Source: Octopus vulgaris (taxonomy: Eukaryota). Taken from it: a DNA stretch of 64,000 bases. Below, one piece after another: positions 55,299 to 64,000 of the stretch. Every line of letters starts with the position of its first letter. Position 1 is the stretch's first letter. Below the pieces are notes generated by a model that made no database searches, was not told the DNA's origin, and saw only the letters and a program-made list of their open reading frames with translations. The stretch spans positions 3,224,001-3,288,000 of the forward strand of contig OX597826.1 of NCBI GenBank assembly GCA_951406725.2. The letters run 5' to 3'. A program made the position numbers and the translations under genes.

Positions 55299-56974
55299 CA
55301 CTGGTCTACAAGGTTTCTGGTGGTGAAGAAATAGACATTATTCCTATACAAAATCGTTCTCCTGAATCTAAATATAACCTTTTTTTTACCTATCAGGTCT
55401 AATTTTTAAGTTACTGACCCCTATAATCACGTGGACGGCTACTATATTTGTAAGCTAAATTTGAAGGGTATTAACCGGAAAAATCGACAAACGCTTGTCT
55501 ATCCTAATCTTGCCTCTGCTATTTGACTAGTTCCACAGAGTGAAGAGCTTCCTGTTCCTGTCTTCAATGTCTTGCCTGAGATAACTTTACCTTCAACCAA
55601 AGAAGATTCGTTCCTTGAAGGTGACATTAGAGGTCAATACTTTTTCAGTTGAGACTTTAGCTCAGTTACTCTCCTAGGTAGAACTGAATGGTATAGTTCC
55701 TGACTTGACCCCCTACAAAAATTCTGCAGAACTGGAACAGAAGTATCTTCTAGAAAATATCGTCCGTATAAAATTTTAATGGACTCAGCATGAACAGTTC
55801 TTTTCTTTCTTCACAAAAAAACAAAGAGCTGGTTTCTACTGCTGAGATATTCATGGGTTTCGTAATAAACTTCGGTTTGAGGAACACAAACCAGCGAAAA
55901 GGCATATTTCCATACACAGCTCTAAGCGTAGTTTAAAATTTGCATTGTTTTTAGAGAAGATACTGCACCAGGATCATAAATGGGTCGTCAGCGTTGACTT
56001 AAACATGGTGAATGTTTTATGGGACAGCAATCTTGTTATGCCAAATACTCATGCTTTCTTCGCATGTGGGTCAGCAAAGATGAAGTAAACCACTACGTTA
56101 AGAATGACTGGCCGCCTCCAACAAATATGGCTCCATGTAGAGCTGCTAATATATTGGAAGAACCTTTAGTTGAACGAGATAAAATCATTTTCCTCCTGTT
56201 GCACATCAAACTCAGATTGTTCAAGCAATTCGTCAAGGCTCTTGCCAAAAATGAGGAGTGCTTCAAATATATCTGCAGTGTATTTCCAGACTCGCCGATT
56301 GAAAAACTTAAAGCAGGGATTTTTGATGGACCACAGATTCGTAAGCTCTTGAGGGACACAAATTTCGTGAAAACGATGATCGAAAAGGAAGCATCAGTGT
56401 GGCTATCGTTTGCAGAAGTAGTGCAAAATTTCCTTGAAAAGCACAAAGTGGAAACTTGATATCAGCTTTTCATGATATTGGCGCGAATATGAACATCAAA
56501 GGGCATTATCTCTTTAGTCATCTTGATCGTTTTCCTGCAAATCTCGGAGATGTTAGCGATGAACAAGCCAAACGATTCCATCAGGAGGTCACTCGATAAC
56601 AAAGTTGTTAGGATTCTGTGATAATGACAGACGTTTTCTGATGTTTAAAACGAGAAGCTTCTGTTGCTCAACATTCACGGCGCACACAGAAGTGTAAATA
56701 ATGTTTTGGATTTTCTGCCAAAAATGTTTGTAAATGTTCGTTTTCAATTTTGAATTTTTATTTGTACCTTATTTTGTTTTGTGTTACTCAGTCTTTATTG
56801 ATTCACATTATATGCCATTTGTATGAATAAAATACTTACTATACCAGGTCTAATCAGAAAACTAGACCTGATAGAGAAAAACTGAAGTTATTTTTGAATT
56901 TAGCAGACACAATCACTTAAGAATTCGTTGAAATATTCCAGGCACCAGACAAAAAAAAAATGGTTTGACCGGTG
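55299..56974 (+). mobile_element. Chapaev3-like (CMC superfamily) DNA transposon, degenerate transposase
   Basis: Termini cactggtc / gaccggtg and subterminal inverted tatcaggtcta / tagacctgata; remnants NHVDGYYIC...YPNLASAI...LPVPVF and QQSCYAKYSCFL...LHIKLRLFKQFVKAL...KLKAGIFDGPQIRKL...DEQAKRFHQ. Confidence 0.85.
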
Positions 56975-57802
56975 TAGTAGAGGATGTCATTATCATTATT
57001 TCGGGAGTAGTTTGCAGCTGATGGTAAGATCTTGCGAATACGAATTACCATGGAAAGGATTTCTTCTCAAAGTATTTCAAATGCAAGCATCAGTGATATT
57101 ACTCAAATTGAACTAGGGCTATTATCCTATTGTAGGAGGAAAGCATTTTCTAACATATCTTTGTTTTATTTTGTGCACGGTATGTTTGTATTATATGCGT
57201 TCATTAAAAACTAGTTATTTGTGGCATCCATGTTTGGGAATATGTGAGACAGATTGAGAATCGTTGTAAAATATTTTGTGTCTCAGGAACAATTTTCTTT
57301 TTGTGTGTTTAATTCTCAAATACGAGTATTCATTTAGGTTGCATGCCAGCTGTCTTTCACCATTGAGATAGTTCGACAATGCATTTATAGGTCGTTCATA
57401 AATACATGAGTAATATAATAGACTTACTTTTAGAGAATCAAAGACATAATTTACCGAATTTCATAAAAGATATGAGAATGGATTAAGGACTAAAATGAAC
57501 AGAAATCCACGGAGAATATCATCTTAGAATATTTTCTTTCAAATATTTGTGACAGTAGTGACAATATATCCGTTGTAGGAAATTAGCAATATTGGTACAT
57601 ACTTCCCACATGAAGAATGGAATGACTTAGTCGCTATAAATAAAGAGAAGTATGTAAAGTAGCAGAGTACCTAGTAGACAGTCAGAGATAGTCGTGTCTT
57701 TACTGGTTTTATTGAATATACTGTATACCGAAGTGGGCGTTATAATAATCCAACATAATATTAATAACAGTTGGGACGAGAGTTATAAGAGTGGCGACGA
57801 GT

Positions 57803-57990
57803 ATTTAAGAAATTCCCAAGGAATTAATAAACTCGATGAGGATTTCAACAACTCACGAGGAATTAATAAACTCGACGAGGACTTAGACAACTCACGAGGA
57901 ATTAATAAACTCGATGGGGATTTAAACGTCTCACGAAGAATTAATAAACTCGACGAGGAATTAACAACTCGCGAGAATTTAACAAACTCA
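57803..57990 (+). repeat. 39-bp tandem repeat (~4.5 copies) in the gypsy leader
   Basis: Unit caactcacgaggaattaataaactcgacgaggatttaaa-like. Confidence 0.9.
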
Positions 57991-58197
57991 GAAAGTTTTG
58001 TGTCAATTTTATGAAAAAAGCTCGTGTTTATTTGGCAAAAATATAATTATAAATGAGTGAAGAAAAATATATAGTGCGTATGTTTATTTGGCAACATAAA
58101 AATGACCGTCCCGAAATACAACAATAACGGTTTCAACACACGATTTCACGTCACGAATCTTGCAGCACAAACTGATAACCGTAAAATTGTAAAAATT

Positions 58198-58760
58198 ATG
58201 GAAAAGTTGTTGGCTGGTTTGTTTGAGTTGTAAAAACAGCAACAACACAACTGAAAAATAACATCAATTACTATCACAGCAACAAATGCTTTAATTAATG
58301 AAGTCGTCAGGAAGTTTATAAAAAGTATTCTCGCCAGACATGTCGCGAAATCCATAACAGAGTTCAAATACGAACCTGATGAAGGAGTTAGCTTGGCAGA
58401 ATACTACAGAAGACATAAGCAAAACTTCGAGAATGAGTGTAAAGACTGGAACGACTTAATCTTGAGAAAACTGGCAGCAACAGAAAACGAAAGATACAGT
58501 AATTATGTGCTCCGCAAAAAACTCCGGACATAAACTTTAATGGCACGATAGATATATTGTGCATAATTTTAAGTGAAAAAGCTCATTGTTTAAAACATGT
58601 TGGAAGTGTCTGAACATAGAGAAAAACAACGACGGGGACTACATCATGTATGCTGATAGAGTAAACAGGAAATGCGAGAAGTTGAAAGTGGACGAAATAA
58701 AGACAATTATGTTCAAATACCTGATTTTTACACTTGGACTAACTGCCAAATGTGACACGT
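58198..58760 (+). pseudogene. degenerate Ty3/gypsy Gag
   Basis: SITEFKYEPDEGVSLAEYYRRH...LILRKLAATENERYSNYVL...SLFKTCWKCLNIEK...YADRVNRECEKL...FKYLIFTLGL, with stops and frameshifts. Confidence 0.8.
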
Positions 58761-60680
58761 AAGGCGAAGAATTATGCAGAGGCGGTGAAAGGGAAAAGGG
58801 AAGACGTGTGACTGTAGGAGTTGAATAGATTCACACAAATGCTTAAAAGGGAAAGGGAACGACGTTAAATCATGTAAAAGACATACTCAGTAACAACAAG
58901 GAAAATTGAAATGATATAAAACGGTCAAGTCGAAAAAGCTTCCCTTGCCAGTGAAAGGATGTTTGGAATGGTAGAGATGCCGTTCCGAGTGGTAGCTCCC
59001 ACAAACAAAAATGCCAAAACTTACGAGATTTTACAAAGAAGAGCACACACGATCGTGTAATAGAAACAAACGAAAAGAACCAAAAGAAAAGAAAAACACA
59101 AAAAAAACTAAGGTGACTTCACCAAGAAAAGTGCAAAAGAAAAACTTTGATAATTTATGGTAGTTTTTAAAAAATGCTCAATAATGCTGCCTGGGTCGTG
59201 GTACAAGGGCGACCATCATTTCATCTTTTCATTTATTAATCATACAAATTCTCATTCTATTTTTCCTTTTTTTTTCGGCCCCACTTCTAATGTCCAGTAT
59301 CGTTCCCACTTTGTTTAGTCCCTTGTGGATAATGAAAAACGTCAGAGTACGTAGAATGCGTCAGAGATAGTCGTGTCTTTACTGGTTTTACTAAGTAGAC
59401 CGAAGTGGAAGTTATAATAACCCAGCATAATAAGGATTATAGCAGTGACCTCGAGAGTCATAACAGTTACAAGTAAGACTATAGACCATGTCTTGATGAG
59501 GTTTTGAATGAAAGCAGCTAAAGCCGCTGGTACCTTTTGCTAGCCATGGTTATTTAGTTCGCCATGTGTGAGGAATGCTTAAAACCATACTATCAAAGTT
59601 TCGTCCTGTATTTCATCGGTAACATTGTTAAAATGTAATTGCATTCCCACACTCCTCCCTTTACACCTGACAGCTCATCATTAAATTCACAATAGTCTTC
59701 CAGCAATTGGCCGGGTACAGTTTATATATAATATTAAGACAGGTTTGTAGCCAAGAAAGTAATCAATGTAAAGGCATTGATTTCTTCCTTGGCTACAAGA
59801 ATTTTTCTTGCCATGTCATGTCAATTTGGCATGTCAATATGGCCTTCCATATTTCCTTGAAATATATATATTAGTGGCTTTCTATAAAATAGAAGTCAAC
59901 ATATAGTACTGCTAATCAACTATGAGGTGCCTTCCTCGTAACTTGTCATGTTGTAGCATTCACTCAGCTGTCGGGTACATTCCAGCTTCGATCGCATACA
60001 TTTTACTATTGATGTTTGAACAATATTTATTGTGTCTCGTAGTGTTGCATTAAGATTAAAATATTTCTTACCAATCCAGTTGTAAGATATTCTTGCGGAA
60101 GCTTGCTGTTCATTACGATGTTTTATTTGCTTCATCGTCTTGTATAATGTAGGATAGGAGCGAATATGTACCGTCGTGATATATAGGTTTCGATCGCGAC
60201 ATTTCTTTCTTTCTTTGGCTCTTCAGATCACATTTCAATCTTCTTAATTTTCCACTAAGATACAGAGTATAAACGCCATATATTTCTTTTAGTTTTCCAA
60301 CAGACTTGTGTTCTGCGAATTTGTTAAACTCCGTCGCAATACAATATGTTTCTCTGAGTTTATGGCGTATATTGTACATCCTTCTAGCTTGCGTTATTTG
60401 CAACCTACGTATGTATGTATTTGTATGAGTGAGACTGTGCATATGTGCGATTGTGTATGTGTGAGATTGTGTATGTGTGCGTATTATAGAGCGTGCTTTG
60501 ATGTTGTTCATCTTTCCGTGTAAATCTTGTAAATGTATAGATTAATGAAGATTGCGGTATGTGTGTGGGAGTGTTTCTAAGAACATCTATAAGTAATAAG
60601 GTTTCTACTTACCCACAAATATTTATCTACACACTCACACAAGCACACACACACACACATACACACACACACACACACAT

Positions 60681-60714
<34 letters not shown>

Positions 60715-61033
60715 GAAGATTACATTGACACTTTGCCACTTATATGGTTTATGGCCGAAACTTCTCTCGCTCATACAATACAACATATTCAATAATCTAT
60801 CCATAAGAATATATATATAAGACGGGAGGGCAATATATTTATTTTAGAAAGTTACAAGTAAATAAATTTTACAAGTCATATCTCTGTCTCTAAAAGTTGA
60901 ATTTAATTCTTCACTGCTAATGTTTTGACTTTTCACCGCGAAAGTTTCTTATACGTGTATACCAAATATTACCAACTGGAATTAACCTGATATTCTATTC
61001 TGTTACCAATTAATTTCACTTAGTAGGGTGACT

Positions 61034-61407
61034 TGGACTATGCCGTCGGGAACTTCGGTTCCTGGTAGGGTCACCCAAGATGGATTGGTCTGGCACCGAG
61101 TGTTATTAGGGCCACAACCCGGCAGACGGGGTTCTGGTGAAAATGCTTGGAGTGTCTGTTTTGGCAACCGGCGGCTCCTCGGTCGTTCTGTCCCTGCGTC
61201 TGCGGACAATCTGCGGCAAACAGGTTGTTTCTAGATGCGGGATTGCTGGGGACCGCTTGTGAAATCCATATATTCCCACGAAACTTCTTCCCTGAATTCT
61301 CAATGGCGAATTCAATGGCGCAGCCATGGTTCGAGATGCCTCGAGGGTGGTACAAGAAGCCGACTCAACCCGCCCAGGGTGAATGTCGCCACAAGTACAA
61401 GTAAGTA
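61034..61407 (+). mobile_element. short internally deleted RTE derivative with 12-bp TSD
   Basis: 5' ctatgccgtcgggaacttcggttcctggtagggtcacccaag resembles RTE 5' UTRs; 3' tcaacccgcccagggtgaatgtcgccacaagtacaagtaagtaagt is an RTE-type tail; TSD agtagggtgact (61022-61033) / agtagggcgact (61408-61419). Confidence 0.8.
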
Positions 61408-62430
61408 AGTAGGGCGACTATAATATATTATTGGCTGGCGACACGTCTGCCCTATACTTTCATGTTGAAGTTTAATGTTTACCTCTAAATTATTTGATAC
61501 CACAATGTCAAGTACCGTAACTGTATACGTATTTAAGCTGAGCATATTTTCCGGCGTCCTCATACTTCTAACATGGTTTCTGGTCTTTCATACAAAATTG
61601 TTTCAAGTTGCCGTAAGTATAGAATTATGTCAAATTAGTAACTTTACATTTTTGATCTTAATCAGCTTTTCCACCAGGTAATATTGAAAATTATGATGAA
61701 TGGGTCTACACTGTTCTTGCATCATTTCATGACGCACTTTCATCTTCGTATAGGTTTATGATGTATTAAGAAAGAAAAAAACCCTCAAACATCAATAACA
61801 CAGTACTTTTATTTATTGCATTTAGGAATTGTGTTACTACAAGACGTGCATCTATATTTTTCGAATTGATTTGATATCAGTGTATGTATCGGATTCCCTA
61901 GGTTTCTTTCAGAAGTAGGAAGTGACTAAATAAATAGATATATTCATGTAATATGATACTTGCGATTGATTTGGATACCAAATCATTGTGTGCGATAATT
62001 AGGATTTATTTTTTAATGACACGTTGTATGAGAGGAATTATAATTGTATAGATCGATCTCAGTTAGAATGCTAGATTCTAAAATCACAATCCTTTAAAAT
62101 ATCATAGACCAATTCAGCCTTTCATTCGTAATTTGGATTCAATACATTTAACACTCGATTTCTAAGCAAATCTTAGTCCTTCTTTCCTGATATTGTTTAC
62201 ACACATTCTGTAGCGATGGAGATCGATACATTCGATCTCATTCATATTCATGGATATTCGAAAACGTTAACCACACTGGGATTTGAATGTAAAACGAAAG
62301 AAATAGCAAAGCAATACTAATACTCCTTGTACTTTACTGGCCTCATTAAAAGCCAATATTAATTTAATCTGAATTATAAAATCTGAATGCCAGTGGAGCA
62401 CTCAGGTTTACCAACAATCTTATTGACATA

Positions 62431-62593
62431 GGTGCATGAGTGGCTGTGTGGTAAGTAGCTCGCTTACAAACCACATGGTTCCGGGTTCAGTCCCACTGCG
62501 TGGCACCTTGGGCAACTGTCTTCTACTGTAGCCCCGGGCCGAGCAGAGCTTTGTAAGTGGATTTGGTAGACGGAAACTGAAAGAAGTCCGTCG

Positions 62594-62663
<70 letters not shown>

Positions 62664-62894
62664 CATATGCGTGTGTTTCTTTGTGTGTCTCTGTGTTTGT
62701 CTCCCGAACATCGGTTGACAACCGATGCTGCTGTGTTTACGTCCCAATCACTTAGCGGTTCGGCAAAAGTTACCGATAGAATAAGTACTAGGCTTACAAA
62801 GAGTAAGTCCTGGGGTCGATTTGCTCGACTAAAGGCGGTGCTCCAGCATGGCCGCAGTCAAGTGACTGAAAGAAGTAAAAGAGTAAAAGAGTAA
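62431..62894 (+). mobile_element. SINE type T, full length
   Basis: ggtgcatgagtggctgtgtggtaagtagc...gggttcagtcccactgcgtggcaccttgggcaa...aaggcggtgctccagcatggccgcagtc...gtaaaagagtaaaagagt. Confidence 0.92.
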
Positions 62895-63502
62895 ATATGT
62901 GAAGAAATGTATAATTTAAAAGAAAAAGAAACTGTTTAGGTATAAACATAAAAACATTTATTGATTCGATAATGTATGTTCGTTAGACATATGGTAGACG
63001 TATAAAATACCAAGTAACAACAAAATTTTACATTTTTACTTGTTGCAGAGAAAACGTATTGCTAGCAATGGAATCCTCACCTCACGTTATACATAATATG
63101 TATATAGTGTAAATGTGTGTTCCATATAAACGTTTGCCAGAATTAAAAAAAAATTCAGAAGAAAATATATTTAGAAATAGTTATAGGTTTTTCGAGGCTG
63201 TTGGTTCCTTTCGTGTGTAGTCATCGTTTCTCACCGCATGCGACGGATCAATCTACAAGATTATTCAGTTAGTAGTTAGGGGTGAGACATTAGCTCGAAG
63301 GTGCTCTCGCGTGTGTGTAATACGTTCATCTCTACATATTGGTTTCTTTTTGAATACGCGCTGAAATAGAATTTACAACTGTTATTCATTTAGGAATCAA
63401 CAAAGTGTTCAGTGAATATAAACATAATGTAGAAACTTGAAACTATAGAACTTTGAGTATGTGATATCTAAAAAGAAGAAGGGTTGCACGTGGAAATATA
63501 AT

Positions 63503-63720
63503 AACACTGCTTTCTACTAAAGGCACAAGGCCCGATATTTGTTAGAATGGGACTAGTTAATTACATCGACCACAGTGTCTCATGGTACTTAATTTATCGG
63601 CCCTGAAAGAATGAAAGGCAACGTGTACCTCGGCGGAATTTGAACTCAGAACGTGAGACTGGCGAAATGCCGCTAAGCATTTTGCCCGGTGTGCTAACGA
63701 TTCTGCCACCTCGCTGCCTT
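63503..63720 (-). mobile_element. SINE type M with an alternative tail and 12-bp TSD
   Basis: Reverse strand ggcagcgaggtggcagaatcgttagcacaccgggc...gagttcaaattccgccgagg; TSD tggaaatataat at 63491-63502 and 63724-63735. Confidence 0.88.
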
Positions 63721-63952
63721 ACATGGAAATATAATGATACATGGAAATATTAGGTTGAAAACATTGTTCGGATATAAAATTTCGAAGGCAACCATAGGAC
63801 ACGAACCCATGTCACCAGCAGACATGACAGGCATACTACAATCAGACAAATTCAATTATGCTAATTTTGATGTCCATTTCTGAAACTTTAATCGTACCAA
63901 CAAGAAATTTATGTTGTTGCCATCATAAGAATTTAAGACATACACACACGCA

Positions 63953-63984
<32 letters not shown>

Positions 63985-64000
63985 ACACGCATACACACAT

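Larger units (their letters stand above)
57574..59435 (+). mobile_element. Ty3/gypsy LTR retrotransposon remnant (LTR, PBS, degenerate gag, partial 3' LTR)
   Basis: Direct repeats 57663-57759 and 59343-59431; putative 5' LTR TG...CA at 57574-57769 followed by TGG(C)GACGAG PBS-like motifs; gag remnant. Confidence 0.75.

Noticed and set aside
57803-57990. CRISPR-like appearance of regularly spaced repeats
   Set aside because: Intervening segments are themselves similar (tandem repeat); eukaryotic context, no cas genes

Overview
AT-rich, microsatellite-dense animal DNA. The SINE repertoire and repeat style point to an octopus/cephalopod genome (inference). No intact host gene was recognised; almost all long ORFs are artefacts of (TA)n/(CA)n/(ATC)n/(TAA)n repeats. 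The window is mostly mobile-element remains: four tRNA-derived SINE types with swapped head/tail modules, Helitron, mariner (x3), pogo, Chapaev3-like, R4/Dong-like (3 clear, 1 weaker), RTE, CR1-like, Ty3/gypsy Gag and a probable Penelope-like ORF. The main signal not explained by the ORF track is a set of short (100-480 bp), mostly mutually unrelated non-coding elements embedded in (TA)n tracts, usually fold-back, many carrying a minimal type I hammerhead ribozyme. Three have a canonical CUGANGA/GAAA core (11269-11345, 17451-17493, 51354-51446) and three have variant cores (39910-39980, 35987-36022, and 49906-49953 with a G3:C8 swap); further decayed cases exist. These resemble Penelope-like pseudo-LTR/retrozyme derivatives. 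All coordinates and alignments were made by eye and boundaries are approximate.
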